Assembly (NCBI GenBank): GCA_028534125.1
Contig: CM052818.1
Span: forward strand, 20,896,001-20,960,000
Length of the DNA stretch: 64,000 bases
Origin: Lama glama
Taxonomy: Eukaryota
Direction: 5' to 3'
Shown here: positions 39,416 through 52,034 of the stretch, one piece after another
Numbering within the stretch: position 1 is the first letter of the stretch
How the letters are laid out: every line of letters begins with the position of its first letter
The notes under the pieces: model-generated
Databases searched by the model: none
Seen by the model: only the letters and a program-made list of their open reading frames with translations
Told to the model about the DNA's origin: nothing
Position numbers and translations under genes: made by a program

Positions 39416-42400
39416 TAGTGGGGTAGTGGGGCCAAGGAGAAAGGATGCAAAACTGTGAGACCCTTAAGGTTGGCTTGCCCTCTAAGAACTTGCTCACTAG
39501 TTACTACTGGAAGTGCACGGTTCACAAAGCTGGGTATGAAAAATGCCAACAAAACAGAACAATCATTGGGACTGGGTAGTTTGAAAGCCAGAGCCAGGAC
39601 AAATCCTTGGCTTCTGTGGTCAGGGGAGGTTAGAGGAACTTGACCTTTGGGTGGTGGGAGTCGGTTGTGTGTGTGTGTTGTGGGGGTGGTTCTGTCAGGC
39701 ACGGTGGGGAGTCTGAGCCAAGTGAGCAGGAAGGAAACGCACAGATGGGGGATGGGGAGGGAGGACAGTGAGACCAAATCCAGGTAGGGCAGGACCTCAG
39801 GTGTCCTCAGAGAGGACCCTGCTGTTGCTTTTCAGCCTGGAGTTTCCTCCTGACGGCATTCCCCTAGGAGCAGAGGGTGCTTCAGAGGTCAGCTTCTGGA
39901 AACAGGAAGCAGTGATTAGCAAATCAGTTAATGAAGGTCTGGTGAGCCACTGGATCACAAAGAGCAGTTATTTGTTAACTGAAGACAGACTCTAGCCTGT
40001 GATGAGAGCTCTGATTCTTGGTGGAGGCGACCTAGACAGCTTATGAAGACAGTGCAGGCCCTGCCTATGTGTGAAATTCCAGCGGCCAGCTCTGCTGATG
40101 ACAGAAATGACCGTAATAAACCAGGGAGGCCACAAGTCAAACAAATAATTTGGTTGACAAATAGGAGTATAAACAAGATCTTGATTAATGAATTTCCTAA
40201 TAGTTCTCTGTTTATTGACATTAGCTCAGCTTGCTCATTAGGCCTGACATTGCCCAAGTACGGTGTATGGTATAATATGTGTATCTTCCACTCGTTCTAA
40301 GACCGCTTTTGTCTTTTTTTTTTTTTTTTGATTGGATGTTTTATGTCTCTAAGTTCTGTTTCCCTGGCTGGACTGTGAGTCCAAATTTCTGAGAACCCAT
40401 TAGGTGCTCATTGAAGGAAGAGTGAGGTCATGGAGCTTTCTCTGGGTGGTAAGTTGAAAATTGAAAGCCGTGAGCACAGCCTCCAACTTCAGCCTGGTCA
40501 GCTCTCAGGGTTGGGCTGGGAACGGGGCCCTGGGGCCCTTCATTATCACTTTTGTTGCCTTTTTCACGAATCTCTAAACCTGTTCCGTTTCCCTTGCTCC
40601 ATCTTTTGAGGGACGGGGTCATTCTGGCAGGCTTATCCTTCTTCTGGTGCTACAGGCCTTAAAAAAGCCCAGAATGACGCAGGCGATGGAAAGCACACTG
40701 AATAGGGAGGAGGGGTCCCGTGCCGACAAGAGCTCCCGGGGCCTCAGTGACTTAGGCTGTTTCTGGGGCTCACTTTACTGAAGTAATTTGAGGGACCTCA
40801 GCCACTGTGTCTGGTGGCCAGAACCCAAGCCAGAGTTGTCCTGGGAAGGTGCCAGCAGGCCTACAGTTAATCACCAGTCCCTGGCCGGTGTGTACCAGAA
40901 GCCATTGTCCTTGTCAAAGGCAGGGGCCCTGTGGTCCTGGGCCAACATTCCAGCCCGGGGCGACTCTGGCTGCAGCTTTAGGTACTTGGTGAAAAGCAGA
41001 GGCGGGAGCAGTTGAAGCTGTAAATGCCAGCTGTATTTTTATTGGTCGTCTGCAACTTCAAAGGCTTCCTTGCTTTAAAGGAGGCACAAGCAGGTATCCA
41101 GTCAGCTCTCCGCTTGCCCGGCCCTGATGCCTTATTGATTTTCAATGTGGCTTGACTCCCAGGTGGGCAGACTTCAAAACGGTCTGTATTTTCCCGCTGT
41201 CACATTTCCATCTCCGTTAGTTTCCATCTCCAGCAAGATTCTGGGGTATGTTTGAGGGCAGCCTTTCCTTCTTCAGCTTTCTCTCAATAATTTTCTTCTG
41301 GACAGGATCTCAGACCTGAGTCAGGGTCACTTCTGCAGGGAGGTGCCTTGCATTGTTTGTACTGAGCTGGACCAGCTGCTGGCAAGTGTGAGGGAGAAGA
41401 TGCAGTCCTTGCCCCTGAGGTTCACTCCTTTCAGTTCTTCTAAGTGTGGCTGCCATGGAAGATGTGGCCCCAGTGAGGGGTGGGGCTGGTGACTTGATAT
41501 GACCTCCCAGTTTTACACAGTTCATTCAGAACTGACCTCAGGCCAGCAGGTGTTTATTGAGCTGTGGTGCGCCCAGCCCTGGGACTAGAAGATTCAGTAA
41601 GTGCTTACTGCCAGCTGGACACTGGGCTTCACTGATCCCTGCCGGTAGCTTTCCTTAAACTGCAAGTAAATTCTCTCCTGCTCTGTGAAGCCGGTTATTC
41701 TTAGCTGGTCTTTATAAATGAGTAAGCTGGTTGGGCAAGGGTGTAATAACGGACATGAGCTAACTTGGCAAGCCGACTGTAGAGCGGGATCTGACCCCTG
41801 GGCTACTCTTGCTGCCATAGCAGGCTGGGCTGGAGGTGAGCCTGTGTGTCCATGTGTCATGGGGAGGAGGAAAGAACACTAGACACTTGTCGTCTCACTG
41901 GCAGACAAACCTATTCATGTGGAAGGAACAAGCAAGATGAGGTCTGTGTGTGGTGATAGTAATTACAGCAAATGCTGTTGCAGTGCCTACCGGCTGCCAG
42001 GGGACTGATCAAATGTTTGCACAAAGTTGACTAATCCCTTGGAGGAAACTGAAGCACAGAGATGGTGGGTAACTCTCCCAAGGTAACACAGCTGGGAAAT
42101 GTCAGAGTTGAGATTCAGACCCAGAGTGTGTCTTAAACACTTGATTGATTTTCAGGCCTGCCAGCGAGGGATGCCAGCAGTGTGGAGTGAGCGCTACCTT
42201 TCACTGACAGATTTTCTGCGTGCTCTCCCATACTTGACCTCTTCTAACCCTCTAAGAGCGGTGAGGCAGGCAGCCTGGGTCTTGGTGTCACTTCCCTTGA
42301 CAGATGAGGCACGGAGAAGTGGGGGCCCAGGTTACCAAGCTCACAGTCCAGTCTGCTTCCTGTCACTGCAGGAGTTTCCATAGGAAAAAATGTTGGGACA

Positions 42401-43209
42401 TGGGATAGACATTTGGTCACAAGTGTCTTGCCTGCAAACTGGGACATACAGATCCATGAAAGCAGTTTCCCAAACAAGCAATTCCTCTCTGTCTGCTGTA
42501 GTCACAGAAAGTGAGCTGGGAAAGTGATTTTGTGAATACAGAAGAAAGCAGCAGGACGGGCTGGGGAGAGGCTGGGTCCGGGTCCAGGGGAATTTCCTGG
42601 TGCCCTGGGCACAAGGCCTCTTGCTCCACCGTCTGCCTGGCTCAGCCAGGCAAGAGGAGAGGCCTTTGAAGTCACAGACCACCAATAAAATTGCAGCTGG
42701 CACCAGAAGCTCACAGGGCTCCAGGCGTGAGATTTTACACCACTCAGGGGCTGAGCCGGTGCTGACAGGGCTGGAATGTGCCCTGGACTACCCTTTCCTC
42801 GGCAAGAGCCACCAGGGTGCCTCAGCCCCCAGCCACCCCATCACCCAATCAATCAAGGCTGCAGCGAGGGCCCATTCGCCCCCACAGGGAAGCGAGACTG
42901 GGAGCAGCTCACAGTGGAGGTGTGGGCTCGGGACTGACGCAGGCAGCAGCCTCAGTGCCAGTGGGCCGTGAGTCAAGGCTGGTTGTGCGGGCACAGCTAC
43001 TGGCTGCTAAGTGATGGTGGCCAATGATGGCGAGGCCAGGGGAGGGGGAGGGCAGTGAGGGCTGGGGTGGTGGTGGGACAGCCTTCTCTGTTTCAGCGTG
43101 AATGAAGGCATGGAGGCTAGGATAAAGGGGGCATGCTTCTTCTCCCCGCCTCCTCTGTCTTCCCTTGTCTCTGGCCCTTTTCTTTGGTCGCCTTTAAACT
43201 GCTATTTAT

Positions 43210-43408
43210 GGGGGGAGAGTATAGCTCAGTGGAAGAGTGCGTGCTTAGCATGCACGCACAATGTCCTGAATTCAATCCCCAGTACCTCCATTAAAAAAAA
43301 AAAAGAAAACAATAAATAAATAAGGAAACCTAATTAGCTCCCCCCCAAAAAACCAAACAAACAAAAATCTATAACTTTAGTATAAGCTATAAAAAAATAA
43401 AAAATAAA
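43210..43408 (+). mobile_element. tRNA(Ala)-derived SINE, camelid vic-1-like, long-tail form with TSD
   Basis: A box tagctcagtgg (43222-43232), degenerate B box gaattcaatccc, tail aaacctaattagctcccccc. Flanking direct repeats TAAACTGCTATTTAT (43195-43209) and TAAAATGCTATTTTT (43409-43423). Confidence 0.9.
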
Positions 43409-45207
43409 TAAAATGCTATTTTTGTCTGGTCCTGTGCTGGGAGTAGCCCCATCTTTCTTCTTAAAAAGCTCATAATCTGAGACAGGCAGTGTCCTTGAGA
43501 GTGGACTTCGGATCAGGACTTGGAGGAGGAAGGTAAAGGACGGGGAACCTGGCCGAGCATCATAGCAGCCCCCATAGCTGTGCATGCAGTGGGGGCAGAG
43601 CTAACCTTGGCATCATCCTCACCCCTGCCTGGGATTTTCCAGTGCCTCGCCCCCTTCCCCCACAGGAAACTGGTGTGGATTCAGTCCTCCTGAGGTGTCT
43701 GGTGAAGTGCGGGTTAACTCCCCCAGCGGTGGTGAATAGAAAGGAGCCCAGGGGTTGGGCTAAGTAGGGAGAGCCATTGTCTGGGAGTTGCAGCCAGGAA
43801 GAGGAGCTGAAATACAGGCCAGAGGGTATATGGGGAATGGGCAAAGGACAGAGGAAGGAAAGAGGCCAGAAAAGCAATGAGGAAGTACGTGGTCTTCACT
43901 GCAGCATAGCCCCAGACCCGAGCCGCTGTTTGGCTCGGGCATTGGTACTTAAAGGAGGCAACTGATTAATCCAAAGAAACAGAAAGCTTACTGGGAGAGG
44001 GTAGAGTCTGCAGGAGTGAGGGAGAGGTGAAAAGCAGGGAGCATTTGGTGTCCCTGCACTCAGATCACATCTTCATGCAGGCAGCTTGCTCATCTGCCCC
44101 GGCTTCCCACTCACTCACCCACCTTGCTCTTTTAGGAAGGACGTGTCTCGACCAGGGAGATGACAACTTGAAGGAAACTAGGGAATAGGGGTTGGCTCCT
44201 CCACCCTTGCAAAGCTGTTGTCACCACTGTTATCACTTGTCTTGGAGAAGCAGACTCTTCCCTGCAGGTGCGTGATGTGAGGGACAGCCAGCACAAATAA
44301 GGGGAGGGTGGAGTGTAGGAAGGCTGGTGGACCTGGATCAGACACACGGACAGAGCTGGTGCCTCACCCCCGGGGGGCCATCGCCCGACTCTCCACGCCC
44401 TGTCTGGGGCCGTGGGGAAAACACCATCATTTTGGTCAGACACTAGGGAAATGAGGAGTTGGGGCACATTTTCCTATTTTGTCCTGAGCGTTGAGCTTCG
44501 GTACCAACCATCCAACCAACCACAGACATTTCACTGGAATCTAAGGAGGAATTGATGGACCTGCCTGCTGTGCACAGACACCTCAATACATGGTATGATT
44601 AACCCAGCTAAGCCCATGTCTACTTTTAGCTAAGTGCTGAGAAAGGCATTTAAATGTGGAGAAACTCTCCCTCCAGGGACGCTGAGCAGGGAATTATTAA
44701 TAATAATACAATAATGAGACTGGAATTTTAAATACTCAGTTTACAGAAGGTACCCAGCCAGGTGAAGTTTGTCCCCTTCCAAGCAGCCGCCTAGCAAGGC
44801 CAGCATTCACTGGGTCATGCTTATTTTGCTTCTTGGACCCTGCCTGGTTCCAAGAAGAGGGTGAGGTGCCAGTCAGTGAGGACTCAGATGTTGCTGGGGG
44901 ACACTTGTCTATGGCTAAACGTTTGCCCACACCGTGTCTGATTTTGGAAGAAAAAGTGTGCTCTGTCTGAGGTCGTAGCAGTAGGAGAGATGGTGAGAAA
45001 AGTTCAGAATGTTGGTGGTGTCAGGTTGTGTCTTGTTGCTTTTACTGAGTGGTAAGAGTGAGGTGATGTCAGGCTGGCCTCGCTGGTTGGTCTGCAAGAA
45101 CAGACGGAAGGGCATGCGGCTTTGCTAAGGTGCTATTCTCCTGCCTGCAGCCTGAAATCAAAACTGACTAAGAATGCAGTAATTTGGAGGCTTGCCAGGT
45201 TGAAAAA

Positions 45208-45960
45208 GTGATATTGTGATTTATAAGAAGAACTTCATATTTGGTATTCAACCTTGTTCCTGGCACAGAAAGTTCATAAAACCCTTGGAATTTACCAACT
45301 GCTGAGAGCAATAAAGGTGTCTTTTGTTATGTTAATGAGGTGACTTTTGGAAAGTCACTAGGTCACCTAAGGATGTGGCTGGTTGCCAAGGGAACCAACC
45401 ATATGATTGGAGGATTGGAGATGGCAAAGGCCAGTGATTTAATCAATCGTGCCTCTGTAATGAAGCCCCCATAAAAGCCACAAAGGAAGGAGTTTGGAGA
45501 GCCTCTGGGCTGATGAAGATGTGGAGACTTGAGGAGAATGGAGCCCTTGGGTTGAGCATGGATGCTCTGAGCTCTTTCCCCATGCCTTGCCCTGGGCATC
45601 TCTTCATCTGACTGTTGATACGTATCCATTAATACTCTTTGTAATAAACCTGTAATCTAGTGAGTAAACTGGGTTCCTGAGTTCTGTGAGCAGCTCTAAT
45701 AAATTAGTAGAACCCAAGGAGGGGGATCATGGGAACTTCCAATTTTACAGCCAATTAGAAACACAGGTGACTACCTGGACTTGTGATTGGGGTAGGGGTC
45801 AGTCTTGTGGAACTGAGCCCTTAACCTGTGGGATCTGATGCCATCTCCAGGTAAACAGTGTCAGAATTGAGTTGACTTCTAAGACACCCAGCTGGTATGG
45901 GAGAATTCCTTGGGTGTGTGGAGAAGCCCTTGAAACACATTGGAATTGGTGATAAGAATC
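45208..45960 (+). mobile_element. MER21-family solo LTR
   Basis: gtgatattgtgatttataag...ttcctggcacag...aaaacccttggaat...gatttaatcaatcgtgcctctgtaatgaagcccccataaaa...aataaac (45643-45648)...gtgtcagaattgagttg. Confidence 0.85.
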
Positions 45961-46715
45961 ATTAAAAAGCCAATGGCTTCTGCCCCTCAAATTGAAGCAG
46001 AAGGTAAATGAGATTTGAGAAGCTGTAAACTTGGCCAAAGATGAAACTAGTGTCCTGCCATATAGCGGAGGGGAGCCTGCTGGTCTAGGTGGGCTGAGGG
46101 TGTTGCCTTCCCACCCAAGCCTGCTGTTTCTGATGGCTTCGAGCCAGGACCCAACAACCTGTCAGTGAAAGAACAACATGTGGATTTAAAAACTATGACT
46201 AGGCAAGCTGTGGGGATAGTTTCTTGCATATGGGATGACCAGAAGCAAAAGTATTTCTAAGGTCTTGAAGAAATTTTACCAAAGGAACCATAATCCTGGC
46301 CTTAAAAAGCCAGTTGAATCCTTAAGCCCTCCTTGGGTACCGAGTCCTGCATCAGCAGGAGGGAGCCTCTGCAAAACGTCTGTGCAGTCTCTGAAAGTCC
46401 TTTCTCCAGTGACCGCAGATGTGTCTGGGAGAGGCAATAGATAAGGGGTCCCTTCCAGGGAACAGAACAGGGGTTCCAACAGCAGAATCAAGTTGGGGAT
46501 GACAATTTGGGGAGCAAAAGCCCTATGTTAAGAGTAATTCACTGCTTAATCCAGAAAACCTGAAAACACAAGATAAAAATCTCCCCACACCAATCTCCCC
46601 CCAACCCTGCAAGTTACCTGTTATTCTATCACATTTTAAGATCTTGGTGTAAGTCAGGCTTTTTCCTAGGAGCATCTATTTATATATTTACTTGATTATA
46701 TATATGTATATATAT

Positions 46716-46965
46716 TTTATTGAAGTATAATTGGTTTACAATGTGTTAATTTCTGGTATACAGCATAGTGATTCAGTCATACATATATAAATATATTCTT
46801 TTTCATATTCTTTTTCATTATAGGCTATTACAAGATATTGAATATAGTTCCCTGTGCTTGCAGTAGGACCTGCTGTTTATTTTATATATAGTAGTTAGTA
46901 TCTGCAAATCCCAAACTCCCACTTTATCCCTCCATCCCCCCACCCCCCTGGTAATGATAAGTTAT
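46716..46965 (-). mobile_element. Cetartiodactyl-type L1 3' end
   Basis: ttttattgaagtataattggtttacaatgtg...caagatattgaatatagttccctgtgc...gtaggacc...aatcccaaactccc. Confidence 0.85.
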
Positions 46966-48339
46966 GTATTTCTTTGCTATGGAGTGAGATAACACTGTTA
47001 GCTTTGCTGTTCCATATTCTGCTTTCTAACTTAGCACTGTGTTATGAATATCATCTCTTTTCTTAAATATTCTTCTCAAACGTGATTTTTAATGGCTGCA
47101 TAGGATTCCACTGTGCAGCTCTCACAAAGTTGGATGTTTAGATGGCTGTTTTTCCTTCCAGGCCACAGGATACAGGCATTTTTATAAGTTGATGCAGACG
47201 GCCTGCCACCATCCAGCATGGCTTCTGTTGGGTTACACTTCCTCAGCAGCCTTCTGGTGCACCTGCTTTCCCTCTCCCTCTACTGCACTGGCTGACACTC
47301 ATGCTCATCCTGAGGATGAGGCCGTCTCAGACCAGCGCTGCTTCTCTTCATTGGAGCTATGCCTGGAGTTGCTTGCTTGTTTGTTTTTCCTTGGCTCTGG
47401 CCACCCTGGAAGATGGTGCACTTTTCCATAGTCACATGGAAGAACTTCTGATCATCTCCTTGCTGCGCTGAGCAGAAGCCTATGGATAATCAGCAACATG
47501 ACATCTCTAACCTTGGACCTCATCATCCAGGATGACCCACTGGTCTTCCTTCTGCAGAAATCCGATCTGCTCCCTCAGGGCAAATACCCCCAAAAGAAGG
47601 GTCACTCAAAGTTTGAGCTCACATGGAAGAAGGAATCACCCAGCCACAAACCCTCAAGTGCTCACAGAGAGAAGATGCAGCATCTTTCCTCACAAACAGT
47701 GATTCCCCGAGACTGCCATATGCCAGCGTCCTGTCTGGTGACCTGCTATTATCACCAAGAGAGCTTTCTGATTACAAAAGTAGTCCTAATCCTTTGTGGA
47801 CATTAAAAAAAAAAAAAAAGAAAGAGAGTGTAACGAAGAAAATTAAACTCATACATGATCTCCAAGAAAAGATAAAAACCACTGTTGACATTTTGGTGTA
47901 TTTATTCCCATAATTTTCTCTTCTACATATGTTTTTCTCAGAATTGATTATATAAATCTGTAACTTGCTTAAAAAATTGTATTATAAAGAATTTCAAAGT
48001 TACTAATGTTTGCCATAAATATTTAAAATGCCTGCATAATATTCAAACATGGGTGTACTAGAATCTCTGCACATTCTCCTATTGCTGCACATTTAGGTGT
48101 TTCTAATTTTTAAAATAACAAAATCTGTAATGCTTCACAAGCACCTTTGTGCATAAAGCTGGTCTTCATTTGGAGTATCTCCCCATAATCAGTTCTCCTA
48201 TGTGGAACTGTATGAGTTTCAAAAGAAGAGAGGTATGGCTGTCGGTGATGTGGCGTATTACTTGGGGAAGGGCACCTGGCTTCTGGCCAGATCCCACCAG
48301 AGTGGGAGGATCAGTCAGATGCGCAAATGCGGGGGGCAC

Positions 48340-49327
48340 TGGGAAGGCTGAGCAGTGCCCCCTAAAGAGGTCCATGATGCATTCCGCTGAATCTGTGAAC
48401 ATGTTGCCTTACATGGTAAAGGGGATTTTTTGAATGTGATTTGGTTAAGAATTTTTTTTCATCTTTCAGTTTTATTAGGTAGAATTGTTACAATTTGACT
48501 GCACATATACACTATATCGTATGTAAATAGATATGCAAAATATACTGCACATATTTAAAAAAATTCATGCATATGCACTGTTCATTGTTTCTAAGAAAGT
48601 TTAGAGCTTTAGCTTTTTAATCTTCCATAGTTATCAAAAGAATAGAGCTAACCACAAAATAAGAATTAATTAAAAAATATACATACACCCCACTATTAAC
48701 AGCAACGTTATTTATAATTGCCAAGATAAGGAAGCATCCTAAGTGCACATCAAGGGATGGGATTGCTGTTTTCTTATTTCTAGTATCTGCCCCTGGTGGA
48801 TGAGGCTGGACTAGAAGCGTTTGCAGGTTTCCTGGCAGGAGGAGCCAGTGCCTGACTACTGCTGGGTGAAGCTTGGTCTTGGAACTCTGGTGGGTAGGGC
48901 CATTGTGATTTGGTAAAGAATTTTATTGTGGGAGATTATCCTGGATTATCTTGTTGGGTCCAGTGTATACACAAAGGCCCTTATAAGGGGCAGGCAGGAG
49001 GGTCAGAGTAATAGAAGGAGATGTGACTACAGAAGCAGAGGTCAGAGAGAGAGAGAGAGGTTTGAAGATGCTACACTGTTGGCTTTGAGGGTGGAGGAAG
49101 GGGCCATGAGCCAAAGAATGCAGGTGGCTTCTAGAAGATTGGGAAAGCAAGGACAGGATTCTCCCCTAAAGCCTCTGGAAGGAATCAGCCCTGCCAGCAC
49201 CTCAATTTTATCCAGTAAGACTGATCTGGGGCTTCTGACCTCCTGAACTGTAAGATAATAAATTAGTACTGTTTAAAGTGACCAAGTGTATGGCAATTTG
49301 TTACAATAGCAATAGGAAATTAATGTA
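48340..49327 (+). mobile_element. MLT1D-like MaLR LTR, interrupted at 48456-48903
   Basis: 5' part ...ctgtgaacatgttgccttacatggtaaaggggatt... resumes as gggagattatcctggattatc...gaagatgctacactg...tttgttacaatagcaataggaaattaat. Confidence 0.88.
48456..48903 (-). mobile_element. Chimeric retroposed insert (L1 pieces, unique AT-rich sequence, poly(A))
   Basis: Flanked by 21-bp direct repeats (48435-48455, 48904-48924; 20/21 identical). Minus-strand AATAAA (48471-48476) precedes an A-tail. Confidence 0.8.
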
Positions 49328-50092
49328 GTCACCAATCTATTATAGGAGCTAAAATGTCACTGAAATAAATAAAAAATGGGGTGTGGGTCACATTTCCCCA
49401 TACAGTCTTCAAATATCAGTATTTTAACACACAATTTACTTCTCACTCACACCTGTCCTAGTAACTCTGCAAAGCCAATGTCCTCCGTATGACTACTCAG
49501 AGGCTCATGAGGGCCACGTGTCTGAAACAGGGTCCCCTTAATCAATAAGGCAGAGGAGAGAGAGGAAAAACCCTGCATGGGCTTTCCCCTGCCTCAGGCT
49601 GGGAGTCCCGTTCTCTTGCAGCCCTGCTCTAAGGGGCTGGGAGAGTGCAGCCTTCCTGCTGCCAGAAAGGGGATGAGAACGGGTGGTTAGCAGACACTAG
49701 TAAGGTCTACCACGTTGTGCATGCCAGAGGCAAGAAGAAACAGTCTGTGCCGCTCTGACTCCGTATCTATCAAGTGCTTTGTGACTCACATTTGCAATGG
49801 TGCGGCATGAATTCCGGGCCTCCTGGCCAGTCCAGGGACAAGCAGCAGACAGTTAACACAAGTCAGTAGGCACAGTCAGCTGAAATTCTGACACTGAATC
49901 CTGCATGGAGTAGTGCTATTCTCAGGAGATGAGTGATTTATTTTATTATCTAAAATTGAAACATTTTAATATACCTCCCAAGAAGTTACCTGGCTCAGAA
50001 AAATTGCAGAGGGATCACAGGGCTGTGCAGAAGGCTGGGTCCCTCTCCAGGAGGCCACCTGCCAATTAAATCTGAGTCTCTGCGGATAGAAT

Positions 50093-50676
50093 TGTTATCG
50101 ACTCTTTTGAGTCGGTCCCAAATAATATCCTCCTGCTCAGTGTGGTTGGAATCAATAGAAGGAAACCAAATTTGGTTCAGAAGCAAAGGAAAGCTTTATT
50201 CTTTCATCAGAGAATAGACAGGTGTGAGCTCACGCTTTAGAACTCACGGACAATCTCCCAGACAGGCGATGGGCAGGGCTGCTTTACAGGAATTTCGGCA
50301 GGCGGGGCAGCGGAGGCTGGGGGGAGAGGCTGGCAGGGATTGGGTGGGGTGGCGGGAGTTCTCGCGAGAGCTCCAGATCTCAGAGCCCGGCTCAGAGTCT
50401 GTGCACGCAGCTCCCGGCCATCGCTGCCGCAGCTGCAGCTGCCGCTGCCGCCAGTACGGCCACCACCGCCACCACCACTGCCATTCGAACTCAGAGTCAT
50501 GTGCACCACGTCTGCCTGTGGTCCTCGAACGCAGGTGACAGTGCAACCCTTTCGCACCAGGAACTCTGGGCTGAGCGCCAGGTGTGAGGCCTCTACACAC
50601 GGCAACCTATGAGCAAGTGAAACCAAATTAACCACAAAGGCAAGGATAAAAAGGTTAGACCTTATTTTATTATGCA
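50093..50676 (-). mobile_element. Putative ERV solo LTR, CpG-rich
   Basis: Plus strand begins TGTTATCG. The minus strand reads TCTCGCGAGA (50360-50369), CCAAT (50339-50343), GC box, TATA-like TGTAAAGC (50281-50288), then AATAAAGC (50193-50200), the U3-R-U5 order. Right boundary uncertain. Confidence 0.6.
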
Positions 50677-51229
50677 GATTCTATTTCTAGTTCCCGGGAA
50701 TTGTTAATGCGCTTTGTGGGTGACAAACCCAGGTATCAGTAATACCGATGTATTGAGTACTTAGGCCTGAGAACCCGTGTGATGCCAGGGATAGGTCTTC
50801 CAAAGAAAGGACATGCTCCTGCCTCTGCATCTGGACACGGTGCCTGGGTGGGTAAGGCCAGTGGTACCTCGGCTCTCCCTTTCCATTGCGCCCAGGGATG
50901 ACCCAGCCCCTTTCCCTGAACCCACTGTATCTTTTTCAAGGACCCTCAGGCTGCTTCTTTATGGGTTTGTTTTAACACTCAGGGAATAATTTTAGGTTTC
51001 TAATCACCAGGGAGAGAGACAGAGAGACCAGGCGCAGTTTCCCCATCTTTACTTCTGACATACAAAGATGTATTTAGTACCAGTAATAAAAATACAAATC
51101 ATCATGCCTCACATGTCTAGAGTGACTTGTACGTCCCAAAGTGCCTTCTGTCCCACCATGTTTGATTTTTCCAGTAGCCCTATGGCCAGGCTGGGAAGGT
51201 GTTAATCCACATTCCAGTTTTAAGCTCTG

Positions 51230-51700
51230 CATTTCTCGCTGCCTGCAGTGTTTTCACCTGGCAGCTTCATCAGTGACTCCCAGTGAACATTTCTAAAACA
51301 TGCTGCTAACTCCCACCCACCTCTCTTACTCCTGTATCCTCTGTTGTTGTTCATTACAGCATCATGTTCCTGATGGTCCAGGCTTGAGACCTTGACATCC
51401 TTGTGGGGCTTCACTCTCTCCCTTGACTGCATATCTAGTCAGCTCCTAAATCTTGCTGTTTCTGTCTTTGGTATCTTTGGTCTCTGATCTGAGCTGCCTT
51501 TCTCACTGCCATCTGCCTCCTCCCTTCTCTCCTGAATAATTGCAGCTGCCTCCCAAGTGATTGTCCCAGCCCAATCCTTGCAGCTGGATGAACCACCCTA
51601 AGTGTCGCTCTCCCTGGTCAGTCCCCTGCTCATAGCCCTCCAGCACTCCCTATTGCCTTATGAAATTATTCTAAACTGAGTGGCTGCATGTGACTCCAGT
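51230..51700 (+). mobile_element. L2 LINE fragment
   Basis: ccaggcttgagaccttgacatcc...cctgaataattgcagctgcctcccaagtg...ccctccagcactccctattgcc. Confidence 0.6.
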
Positions 51701-51943
51701 CTTCCTCTCTGTTTCGTCTCCTCCTCGGTGTCTGACATGGCAGCTGAGCTGGATCCTAGACATTCCTCCAGCATGTCCCAGTCTTCTCCATCTCTGGGCC
51801 TTTAATGTCGCTGAATTGATGCGAAGACGCCGTCTCGTTTCCTCCACCTTTTGGCCTGTTGAAGTCCTACTTGTTCTTAGGTTTGCCCAAATGTCCTTTC
51901 CTCCAAAAGGCTTTCTCAGTCGGTCGCTTAGAAGTGGGTTCTT

Positions 51944-52034
51944 GGAGGGGGAGGTGGTATAGCTCAGTGGTAGAGTACATACTTGGCATGAATGAGGTTA
52001 TGGATTCAATCCCCAGTAACTCCATTAAAAAAAA
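51944..52034 (+). mobile_element. tRNA-derived SINE, camelid vic-1-like, short form with TSD
   Basis: gtatagctcagtggtagagtacatacttggcatgaatgaggttatggattcaatccccagtaactccatt(A)n. Exact direct repeat AAGTGGGTT at 51932-51940 and 52035-52043. Confidence 0.9.

Noticed and set aside
50224..50635. Overlapping ORFs with poly-Pro, poly-Gly and poly-His runs
   Set aside because: All frames are open because of a GC-rich triplet tract. Better explained as part of the LTR-like cassette.
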